From contig JANOSY010000031.1 in assembly GCA_031416075.1 (NCBI GenBank), forward strand, positions 19,138 through 83,137: a DNA stretch of 64,000 nucleotides, given 5' to 3'. A model generated the notes under the pieces. That model was not told the DNA's origin and did no database searches. It saw only the letters and a program-made list of their open reading frames with translations. Below, piece after piece: positions 32,934-42,762 of this stretch. The position numbers and the translations under genes were made by a program. The stretch comes from Candidatus Tenderia sp. Lineage in GTDB: Bacteria > Pseudomonadota > Gammaproteobacteria > Tenderiales > Tenderiaceae. Within the stretch, counting starts at the first letter, position 1. Every line of letters begins with the position of its first letter.

Positions 32934-34410
32934 TTGCTTGTAGTGACCGCTTCCACTCTGCGAGTGCAATTGCGGTAGAACTCTCAAGCCATTCCGCGAA
33001 GCGTTTCTCTGTACTTTCGTATGACTCGACATAGTTGAATTGAAAAAGATCAGTCGCTGCGGGGCGCAAACTGACAATTTCCGTACCGCCATCTTCGCGA
33101 GGAACCTTCACATAGGTGAACGCAGAGGCCACAAGAACCCCCGTGTCCCCAGGGCCGTAGCCATGAAAACTTACTACATAGTCAAACTCTTGCTCTGTCG
33201 CGAGAGTTATTCTGACCCAAGAGCGGTACTGCTCAAAATTGGCGAAATAATCGAATTGATTGGCCGCCTCAACAATATGTTTTTGGAAATAGTGACGCTG
33301 CGCCGAGGCGTTGTTCGCGGAGTTTGTGCGAGCTTGATACTTCTGCTTTTGTTGTGGCGGCGTTACTGCTTGAAGCTGCCCATCCAAGCTTGTGACGAGC
33401 AGCCTGAATTTTCCTTCAACCGTCGAGAAGAGCTTCTCAGCATGCTCGTAGACAACAGATACCTTGTGCTTTTCCTTGCTAAATTTTGTTTTTAGCAGTT
33501 CAAGCGCCGAACTAATGATCTGATCAGCGTACTTGCTTTGTTGGACTTGTTGCTCCAGACCAAGCGCTTTAAGAATTGCTTCCTTTTGGCGACGCGCAAA
33601 GAAGGAAATCAACGGCGAAAGATCACCGACATCCGCTGACTCAAGTGCGCCGATGTACTCTTCTCGATCGGACTCTCTAACAACCAACGGGAACAATCCT
33701 TCGCGAAGAAATACTAGCGATGCAAGTGCGCGCGCTACGCGACCGTTGCCGTCTTGGAACGGGTGAATTTGAGTAAATCTATGATGTAACCATGCAGATT
33801 TTACTTCTGGCGTATACGTGTCATCTGCCTCGCGATACAAACGGATCAGGCTCTCCATCTCCTCCTTTGTTAATTCAGGCGGGCAGTATCGGTGTATTTC
33901 GCCGTCTGATCTTCGTGGATTGTTCGGTAGAGTCTTGTATTCTCCCTTTAGCAGCGTGACATGAACCAAATCACCTGATTCAGTTACTGCCTCGGTGTAG
34001 TCTTGATGCGCAGTAAACTGAGCCTGAAGCCCGCGAACGAAGTACTCCGAAAGTGGCTCTTCCCCTTTGATGTAGCTAAACAAACCTTCGACAATGCCAA
34101 GATGATCGTTGATCAGCGCGTGTATGTGCTCCGCGTCACGCTGAGAAACACCCCCACGGTGAGAGATTATCGAGGATTCAATCCCCTGCTCGATTAGTAC
34201 CTCCGTTACGCCACGGTCCCACGCGTACAGCCGCTCGATAATTCCGGTTTCAATTGCCCACTCGCGCTGTAACTTCTTGATGAATTCTTTGTATGCGCCA
34301 TTCTCTTCGAGTGCGGACTTTTTCTCCTGCCATACAGACGTTAGTGCCCGAAGTTCCGGGAACTCATATGCCTGAAGACTAGGGAATGGCTGGATACGCT
34401 GGTATTTCAT
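32929..34410 (-). CDS. Fic-family protein (AMPylase-type Fic domain with long N- and C-terminal extensions)
   Basis: Canonical Fic motif HPFQDGNGRVARALASL. Start moved to ATG 34410 (MKYQRIQPF). About 493 aa. Confidence 0.85.
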   Translation of the reverse strand: MKYQRIQPFPSLQAYEFPELRALTSVWQEKKSALEENGAYKEFIKKLQREWAIETGIIERLYAWDRGVTEVLIEQGIESSIISHRGGVSQRDAEHIHALINDHLGIVEGLFSYIKGEEPLSEYFVRGLQAQFTAHQDYTEAVTESGDLVHVTLLKGEYKTLPNNPRRSDGEIHRYCPPELTKEEMESLIRLYREADDTYTPEVKSAWLHHRFTQIHPFQDGNGRVARALASLVFLREGLFPLVVRESDREEYIGALESADVGDLSPLISFFARRQKEAILKALGLEQQVQQSKYADQIISSALELLKTKFSKEKHKVSVVYEHAEKLFSTVEGKFRLLVTSLDGQLQAVTPPQQKQKYQARTNSANNASAQRHYFQKHIVEAANQFDYFANFEQYRSWVRITLATEQEFDYVVSFHGYGPGDTGVLVASAFTYVKVPREDGGTEIVSLRPAATDLFQFNYVESYESTEKRFAEWLESSTAIALAEWKRSLQAR

Positions 34411-34434
34411 CTTGGCACCTTTGTCGATAAGCAA

Positions 34435-34505
34435 GTAGCCCGGAAGCAGCGCAGCGAATTCCGGGGATCAGATACCGGATTGCACTACGTTGCATCTAGG
34501 CTACC
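34435..34505. repeat. REPIN (two inverted REP units) between lysS and Fic
   Basis: GTAG-CCCGGAA-gcagcgcagcga-TTCCGGG-gatcagata-CCGGATTGCACTACGTTGCATCTAGG-CTAC. The heads GTAG and CTAC face outward. Confidence 0.7.
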
Positions 34506-34562
34506 CCACTGAACTGTTGTTTTGACGTAACTACTCACCGTTTGCATCACAGCTGTAACTAA

Positions 34563-36080
<1,518 letters not shown>

Positions 36081-36106
36081 TTTATTAGATCTTCGTTGTG
36101 ATTGAT

Positions 36107-37205
36107 TTAGAGGCCGCTTTTCAAGCTGGCTTCAATAAATTGGTCCAGGTCGCCATCCAGTACCGCCTGGGTATTGCCGGTCTCAACGCCGGTACGCAGA
36201 TCTTTGATGCGCGACTGGTCAAGTACGTAAGAACGAATCTGGCTGCCCCAGCCAATGTCGGACTTGGTCGCCTCTAGCGCCTGCTGCTCGGTGCGACGTT
36301 TCTGCATCTCCAGCTCATAGAGTTTGGCCTTGAGCTGCTTCATGGCGGTATCTTTATTTTTGTGCTGTGAACGGTCGCTCTGACACTGCACCACGGCATT
36401 GGTAGGCAGATGGGTAATACGCACCGCCGATTCGGTACGGTTGACGTGCTGACCACCGGCGCCACTGGCGCGGTAGACGTCGATGCGCAGATCGGCGGGG
36501 TTGATCTCGATGTTGATATCGTCATCCACTTCAGGCGAAACAAACACCGAAGCAAACGAGGTGTGACGACGATTGCCTGAGTCGAACGGTGATTTGCGTA
36601 CCAGGCGATGTACGCCGGTCTCGGTGCGCAGCCAGCCGTAGGCGTATTCACCTTCAAAACGGATGGTGGCGCTTTTGATGCCTGCTACTTCGCCGTCGGA
36701 GACTTCGATCAGCTCGGTCTTGAAACCACTGCGTTCGCCCCAGCGCAGAAACATGCGCATCAACATGCTGGCCCAATCCTGCGCCTCGGTGCCACCGGAA
36801 CCGGCCTGCACGTCGAGAAAGGCGTTGTTGGGGTCCATTTCGCCGGAGAACATACGACGGAATTCGAGGGTGGCGAGACGTTTCTCCAGCTCGTCCAGAT
36901 CTTTGACCACGGAGGCGACGGTCTCCTCGTCTCCCTCCTCACCCGCCATCTCCAGCAGCTCGGTGGCATCGGTCAAGGTGGCTTCCAGGTCGGTGATGGT
37001 TTTGACTACCTGCTCCAGCTGCACCCGTTCTTTGCCCAGCGCCTGGGCGCGTTCCGGGTTATCCCAAACATTGGGCTGCTCCAGCTCACGCTCGACTTCG
37101 GTCAGACGCTCCTGTTTGATCTCAAAGTCAAAGGTACCCCCTAAGAGCGGCAGTGCGCTCTGCCATCTCTTTGATTCTACGAACGATGAGATTGATTTCT
37201 AACAT
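36107..37205 (-). CDS. prfB: Peptide chain release factor 2 (programmed +1 frameshift at CTT TGA C, 37127-37133)
   Basis: Frame 0 reads [25 protein letters not shown] then TGA, preceded by the SD-like AGGGGG. The +1 frame continues [22 protein letters not shown]... into the 305-aa ORF carrying SPF and GGQ motifs. Total 365 aa. Confidence 0.95.
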
Positions 37206-37317
37206 GTTGGGCCTTCTTGCCTAAAAACCGCGCATTTTACTACAGCCCGAGAATTCAAGGAACCTGTGATAAAGAGATGACTCGACCAAACTGACCCTTG
37301 CCAACCATTCGTGCCTA

Positions 37318-37998
37318 TTATCCACCGAGCTTGGCTGCACCCGTTGCTAACGCCTTTGCCCCCATCACGTCCGCCTCCTGCTCAAGCCCTTTATCATCAT
37401 TGACGGGCACACTCTCTTTCATCTGAGTGGTTGGTTTAACCCGCCCTTGTGCCTGTTGCACCACGTGCCAGGCCTCATGAGGCAGATGTTTCTCTTGTCC
37501 AGAGGCGACGTGGATATCACTGCCCTGGGCATAGGCCAACGCGTTAAGCTGCGCCGGTTTGGCTGAGTTGTAGTGAACTTGAACGTGGTCCATCGACATG
37601 CCGGAGAGTGATTCAATGCCGGACTTAAGTTGATTAGGCAGACCAGTGTTATTGGCTTTCGTCACAGCCCCCTCTTCAAGTTGGGCAGTCTGTTCTGTTG
37701 CAAACTTACCCTGCAACAGTTCGTCCTCTTCCATCCGCTGGACTGTTTCAAACTTCCCTTGCAACAACTCATCCTCTTCCATCCGCTGTACGGTGCCGAA
37801 CAGGGTGCCCATTTTTTTGAGCTGTGCCGCCGCATAGGGGCTGTTCTCTAGCGCTTCTATCTGTTTGCGTTGGGCAATCATCGCTGGGCTGCTGTTTATT
37901 CTGGCAGCCAGCTGGTGTTGCATCTCACCACCTGTAATGGCCTGTTGTACCGTGGAGCGGTTAAGCCCTTGTCGCTGCTGAAGCTCGGCCTTTTTCAT
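37318..37998 (-). CDS. Stand-alone DUF4157 (eCIS-associated zincin-like) domain protein with a tandem 16-aa repeat
   Basis: 226 aa. LPNQLKSGIESLSGMSMDHVQVHYNSAKP...HLPHEAWHVVQQAQGRV...VNDDKGLEQEADVMG matches the DUF4157 signature. TVQRMEEDELLQGKF occurs twice. Confidence 0.75.
   Translation of the reverse strand: MKKAELQQRQGLNRSTVQQAITGGEMQHQLAARINSSPAMIAQRKQIEALENSPYAAAQLKKMGTLFGTVQRMEEDELLQGKFETVQRMEEDELLQGKFATEQTAQLEEGAVTKANNTGLPNQLKSGIESLSGMSMDHVQVHYNSAKPAQLNALAYAQGSDIHVASGQEKHLPHEAWHVVQQAQGRVKPTTQMKESVPVNDDKGLEQEADVMGAKALATGAAKLGG
37702..37797. repeat. 48-bp tandem duplication inside the DUF4157 gene
   Basis: AAACTT(A/C)CC(C/T)TGCAACA(G/A)(T/C)TC(G/A)TCCTCTTCCATCCGCTG... occurs twice head to tail with period 48 nt (16 codons). 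Confidence 0.85.
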
Positions 37999-38129
37999 CC
38001 ATATCCCCTTTAAACATCAAACAAAATGCAGTTTCACTCTAACACGAGGCCCGCAAACCTAATCCTAAATATAGATTCCGAGCATACTGATGGCCAGGGC
38101 TCTGTTCAACCCGCAACAATCAGCCACTG

Positions 38130-38873
38130 TTAAAGCAACGGTACCAGTTTGGCAAACATTGCACGAATCCCGTCCATTCCCTCTTTAAGGCACCGTTCAA
38201 TATCCACCATGGTGATCAGGTTTTCGCTGCGCCCCGCCGCCCAGTTAACACTCACCGCACAGGTGGCATAGGCCATGCCCAGTTCGCGGGCCAACACCGC
38301 TTCCGGCATACCGGTCATGCCCACCATGGTGCAACCATCCCGCTCGTAACGGTTGATTTCAGCGGCACTCTCCAGACGTGGCCCCTGGGTGGCACCGTAA
38401 GTACCGCTATCACAATACTCAACCCCTGCCTGCTGACACGCCTGGATCAAAATCTGGCGCAACGACTCATCATAAGGGAAGGTGAAATCGACATGCACCA
38501 CCTCTTCCAAGCCCTCTTCAAAGAAGGTGTTTTTACGTGACCAGGTGTAGTCGATGATCTGATCAGGAATGGCCAGTTTTTTGGGTGGGAAGTCACTGGC
38601 AATCCCGCCCACCGCCGCAATGGCAATAATGCGCTCCACGCCCACATGTTTAAGTGCCCAAAGGTTGGCGCGATAGTTAATCTTGTGCGGCGGGATGGTG
38701 TGACCGTAGCCATGACGGGCGATGAAGACAACCTCTTTGCCACACAGCACACCGTGGGTCAGCGCGCCTGAGGGTTCACCATAGGGGGTTTGCACCACTT
38801 CACGTCTGATGATCTCCAGATCGGCGAGATTGGTTAAACCTGTACCACCAATGATTGCTACATTGCCCATCAC
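38130..38873 (-). CDS. MTAP-family purine nucleoside phosphorylase (S-methyl-5'-thioadenosine/thioinosine phosphorylase)
   Basis: 247 aa. IIGGTG...FIARHG.GHTIPPHKINYRAN is typical of the MTAP family. Confidence 0.85.
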   Translation of the reverse strand: MMGNVAIIGGTGLTNLADLEIIRREVVQTPYGEPSGALTHGVLCGKEVVFIARHGYGHTIPPHKINYRANLWALKHVGVERIIAIAAVGGIASDFPPKKLAIPDQIIDYTWSRKNTFFEEGLEEVVHVDFTFPYDESLRQILIQACQQAGVEYCDSGTYGATQGPRLESAAEINRYERDGCTMVGMTGMPEAVLARELGMAYATCAVSVNWAAGRSENLITMVDIERCLKEGMDGIRAMFAKLVPLL

Positions 38874-38883
38874 TATTTCCTTT

Positions 38884-40233
38884 TTAAACGACTGTTGTTA
38901 GCAACAACCCGGTGACGGCAGCGACTGCAATCACCTCAATGACATTGCGTTTGAAACGAAACAGGGCCACTGCCGCCGCCACGGCTATGGCCGCAGATCC
39001 CCAATCAAACTCGGCCCCAAAGCCCTGTGGCCACATGACATGGTAGCCAAAAAAGAGTGCCAGATTAAAAATAGCCCCCACCACAGCAGCGGTAATGGCG
39101 GTAAGCGGCGCAGTAAATTTAAGATTGCCATGGGTTGATTCAACCAGCGGTCCGCCCACAAGGATAAAAATAAATGATGGCAAAAAGGTAAACCAGGTCA
39201 CCACCATCGCCGCAACCGCCCCGGCCATAAACAGCGCATCCGGACCAAACAACTCATTTACATAGCCACCGATAAAACCAACAAAAGCGACCACCATAAT
39301 GAGTGGCCCAGGCGTCGTCTCGCCCAGCGCCAGCCCGTCGATCATCTGTGGTGCCGTCAACCAACCGTAGTGATCAACGGCCCCCTGATAAACATAGGGC
39401 AATACCGCGTAGGCACCACCAAACGTAAGCAGTGCCGCTTTGGTGAAGAACCACCCCATCTGGGTCAGGGTATCTTGCCAACCATTCAATATAAACAGCA
39501 GCCCCATGGGCAGTGTCCACAACAGCATACCCACCGCCACAACGGATATCAGCCGTGGGCGGGAGAAACGGGCATGTTCTGGTGTGGGTGTCTTATCATC
39601 AATCAGCGCCGGACCAACAGAGCTGGCTGCCGCGCCATGACCACCCCCCACCCTGAATTTTTCCGGCGCAAAACGGCCACCGATATATCCCACTAGCGCA
39701 GCCACCGCAATAATCAGCGGGAACGGTAGGTGCAACGCAAATATCGCCACAAAAGCGGCCACCGCCACAGCCCATAGCAGACCGCTTTTCAGGACCCGCG
39801 AACCGATACGATGTGCCGCCTGTACAACAATGGCCGTTACGGCGGGTTTGATACCATAAAACAGCCCCGCCACCAGTGGCGAATCCCCAAAGGCAATATA
39901 GATCCACGACAGCGCAATCAATATAAAGAGTGAAGGAAGCACAAACAGCGTACCGGCCACAATGCCACCCCAGGTGCGGTGCATCAACCAGCCGATGTAG
40001 ATGGCAAGCTGCTGCGCCTCTGGCCCTGGCAATACCATGCAGAAATTAAGCGCATGGAGAAACCGTTTTTCGCTGATCCAGCGCCGCCGCTCCACCAACT
40101 CGGCATGCATAATGGCAATCTGCCCTGCCGGACCGCCAAAACTGATAAAGCCAAGTTTGAGCCAAAAACGAAAAGCTTCCCAAAAACTGACCACTGGCGG
40201 AACGACAGGAGCCTCGTGCGGACTCTGCGTCAT
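38884..40233 (-). CDS. chrA: Chromate transporter ChrA
   Basis: 449 aa with two CHR-domain halves (FGGPAGQIAIMH... and FGGAYAVLPYV...). Confidence 0.85.
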   Translation of the reverse strand: MTQSPHEAPVVPPVVSFWEAFRFWLKLGFISFGGPAGQIAIMHAELVERRRWISEKRFLHALNFCMVLPGPEAQQLAIYIGWLMHRTWGGIVAGTLFVLPSLFILIALSWIYIAFGDSPLVAGLFYGIKPAVTAIVVQAAHRIGSRVLKSGLLWAVAVAAFVAIFALHLPFPLIIAVAALVGYIGGRFAPEKFRVGGGHGAAASSVGPALIDDKTPTPEHARFSRPRLISVVAVGMLLWTLPMGLLFILNGWQDTLTQMGWFFTKAALLTFGGAYAVLPYVYQGAVDHYGWLTAPQMIDGLALGETTPGPLIMVVAFVGFIGGYVNELFGPDALFMAGAVAAMVVTWFTFLPSFIFILVGGPLVESTHGNLKFTAPLTAITAAVVGAIFNLALFFGYHVMWPQGFGAEFDWGSAAIAVAAAVALFRFKRNVIEVIAVAAVTGLLLTTVV

Positions 40234-40319
40234 GATTCAATTCCTTATTTGCGCTACTGCGCCTGGATCATCCTGCTACCAAGCAATCTAACCGGGTATT
40301 CAACATCAACGCTGTGGAC

Positions 40320-40871
40320 TCATGCCCCCTTAACCGCATAAATGCCCGCCGCGTTACGCAAGTATCCCTTGTAGTCCATGCCAAAACCAAACAGGTAACG
40401 ATCCTCAACCTCGACACCGACAAAGTCAGCTTTGATGTCGATGGCTCTATCCCTGATCTTCTCGACCAGCACGGCACTGTAGACCGCCTTGGCACCGGCA
40501 CTTTTGCAATCGTGAACAATCGCCTCCAGGGTCAGCCCCTCATCGAGAATGTCGTCTATCAACAGCACAACACGATCTTTGAGCGGTTTTGATGGTTTGA
40601 CGATCCACTCCAGCTCGCCACCCTCGGTCTTATGGCCGTAACGGGTGGCGTGGATGTAGTCAAGATTAAGCGGGAAATCGAGGCGCGGCAGCAGCATGCC
40701 CGCCGGCACCAGGCCGCCGGTCATCACACACAATACCAATGGATTTTGATCGCCCAGCTGCTGTTTGATCTTAACGGCCATCACATCGAGTGCGGCGTCG
40801 ATCTGCTGCTGTGAACAGAGCAAGTCTGCCTCTGCCATTACTTTTGTTGATTCTTGAAGATAGTCAGCCAT
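40320..40871 (-). CDS. hpt: Hypoxanthine-guanine phosphoribosyltransferase
   Basis: 183 aa. PRPP-binding motif VVLLIDDILDEGLTL. Confidence 0.85.
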   Translation of the reverse strand: MADYLQESTKVMAEADLLCSQQQIDAALDVMAVKIKQQLGDQNPLVLCVMTGGLVPAGMLLPRLDFPLNLDYIHATRYGHKTEGGELEWIVKPSKPLKDRVVLLIDDILDEGLTLEAIVHDCKSAGAKAVYSAVLVEKIRDRAIDIKADFVGVEVEDRYLFGFGMDYKGYLRNAAGIYAVKGA

Positions 40872-40892
40872 CTGTATGATTTCTTTGATTAG

Positions 40893-41261
40893 TTAATAGG
40901 TAAATGTCACGGTTGCATCATCCATCGCTTCGCTGATGATATAGGCACCACCCACCGTCTCTTCCACTTCCGGGATAATATCTTCACCCCAATATTCCAG
41001 ACTGGTGGCACAGACCTTTATTCTAACGCCGGCCTGCACCGCCTCTTTGATGAGATCATGCACTGTGCTGGTGCGGTTGGCCGCCAGAGGCAGCTCCGCC
41101 GCCACCCCCTTTTTCAACAATCCGGCACTGCGTCCGGTGAAGACCAGCTCAACCTCAAACTCCATCGCTGCCGCCACAATCGCCTGGGAGATGGGTGGAA
41201 TAATCTCCATCACCATCTGCGGGTCACTATTCATTACAACTATCAGCAGTTTATCTGCCAT
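40893..41261 (-). CDS. DsrE/DsrF-like family protein
   Basis: 122 aa. Small alpha/beta protein starting MADKLLIVVMNSDP; the fold is assigned by resemblance only. Confidence 0.4.
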   Translation of the reverse strand: MADKLLIVVMNSDPQMVMEIIPPISQAIVAAAMEFEVELVFTGRSAGLLKKGVAAELPLAANRTSTVHDLIKEAVQAGVRIKVCATSLEYWGEDIIPEVEETVGGAYIISEAMDDATVTFTY

Positions 41262-41278
41262 CTCTATGCTCCCGGTTG

Positions 41279-42373
41279 TTAGTGGTCATGGCCCGCCACC
41301 GCACTCCTGTTGGCAGTTTCAGGCAGACGTGGCAATGTCTGCTCCGGAAACTCACCGGTGAGTGTATTAAGAAAGGCCACAATATCACTCACCTGCTGCT
41401 CAGTGAGTTCACGAGCCAGCTGGGTTTTAGCCATCACGCGTACCGCTTCATCAAGGGTTTTAACTGTGCCGTTGTGAAAATAGGGGGCGGTAATCGCGAT
41501 ATTCCGCAGCGATGGCATACGCCACATACGGGTATCGGTCTTCTCCTGGGAGAAATAAACACGCCCTAAATCATCGACCAGATTGTATCGACGTTCATAA
41601 TCAGTATCGGGGTAGTTAGGAAAGAGTTCGTAGAACCCTTCACCCTGCTGCAGTGCCAACCCTGGAATCGGCCCCGCCAGGTTGATCCAAAAGTGGCAAG
41701 AGGCGCAACGCACCTCAATAAACTCCTGTATGCCACGTTTGGCAGCCGGAGAGATGGCCTTGTCGTCGCCCTTCAGATAGCGGTCAAACGGGCCATTGGG
41801 CGTGGTGAGTGCACGTTCGTAACTGGAGAGCGCCATCGCCACCGTCTTCAGGCTGATACCTTCCTTGCCAAAGCTCTTTTCAAACTGTTTTTTGTAACCG
41901 GGAATAGTGTTCAGGCGCGCCACCAGGGTCTCGGCATCAGGCATACCCATAATGTTGGGATCCAAAATGTGGCGCTCGGCCTGCTCTTCCAATGTTTTAA
42001 CACTGCCATCCCAGTTATAAACGGTATGAAAAGCGGCGTTCCAGACCGTCTGCGTGCCCCGTATGCCCTTACGGCCATACACACCCACCGGTTGGGCGCG
42101 GCCATCCTCCCCCCCTGCCGCCAGGTTATGGCAGCTATTGCAGGAGTGGGTGCCGGTAATCGAGAGCCGTGCATCAAAAAAGAGCTGTTTGCCCAGCGCT
42201 AGCTTCTCTTTGGTGGCCGGATTATCCTTGGGCGAATCAGCCACCGCTGGCAACGGTTTAAACGGCCACGGCAGATCCGCCGCCACAGCCCCCCCCGTCA
42301 CACTCACCATCAACAGCGCAATACCGCCCATTACAGACTTCAAACCCATCGTCCCTCCTCCATTCATCATCAA
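41279..42373 (-). CDS. Di-haem cytochrome c peroxidase (CCP/MauG family)
   Basis: 364 aa. Signal peptide and two CxxCH motifs (CNSCH, CASCH); FHNGTVKTLDEAV is typical of CCP. Confidence 0.85.
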   Translation of the reverse strand: MMMNGGGTMGLKSVMGGIALLMVSVTGGAVAADLPWPFKPLPAVADSPKDNPATKEKLALGKQLFFDARLSITGTHSCNSCHNLAAGGEDGRAQPVGVYGRKGIRGTQTVWNAAFHTVYNWDGSVKTLEEQAERHILDPNIMGMPDAETLVARLNTIPGYKKQFEKSFGKEGISLKTVAMALSSYERALTTPNGPFDRYLKGDDKAISPAAKRGIQEFIEVRCASCHFWINLAGPIPGLALQQGEGFYELFPNYPDTDYERRYNLVDDLGRVYFSQEKTDTRMWRMPSLRNIAITAPYFHNGTVKTLDEAVRVMAKTQLARELTEQQVSDIVAFLNTLTGEFPEQTLPRLPETANRSAVAGHDH

Positions 42374-42376
42374 ACG

Positions 42377-42728
42377 TTAATCGCCACTGCTCTCAACCTT
42401 AACCCCATCCGGTACATGCAGTGTGGTCGTTGGAAACGCCACCTCAGCGCCATGACTGGCGATAATATCGTGAATCTGCAACAAAATACGGTGTTTAATC
42501 TCGTGGAACTCGGTCCACTCAGTAGTACGGGTAAAGGTGTAGATAAAAAAGTCGAGCGACGACGGCCCAAAGCTGTTGAAGTTCACCATCAGGGTCTGCT
42601 GCTGATCTAAGCACGCGCTTCTGAATAAAGTTCACCAACAGCGTCAGAAACACCACCACAAATACCTGGATAGTCCAACCGCCCCAGCCGAGGTATTGAT
42701 CAAGTCCCGTGGTTATCTGCTCTAACAA
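42377..42728 (-). pseudogene. Mechanosensitive channel (MscS-family) remnant with a large internal deletion and frame change
   Basis: ORF 42519-42728 gives an MscS-like N-terminal TM (WTIQVFVVVFLTLLVNFIQKRVL). ORF 42377-42589, in another frame, gives the MscS C-terminal domain (VNFNSFGPSSLDFFIYTF...EVAFPTTTLHV). About 200 aa of channel core is absent. Confidence 0.7.
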
Positions 42729-42762
42729 AACCCGCTATCTCCTTATTTTCAGAGGAGAGATT

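Noticed and set aside
32929-34434. Fic gene as a compositional genomic island
   Set aside because: Hand-counted GC (about 50-52%) is not clearly different from lysS and other neighbours. Only the REP bracketing supports accessory status.
36608-37202. 178- and 179-aa plus-strand ORFs
   Set aside because: They are antisense to prfB. The real explanation for the odd ORF pattern here is the +1 frameshift.
37702-37797. Tandem repeat as a CRISPR or VNTR-type non-coding array
   Set aside because: There are only two units, they are in frame inside a coding sequence, and there are no spacers. It is a coding duplication. No CRISPR array was seen anywhere in the window.
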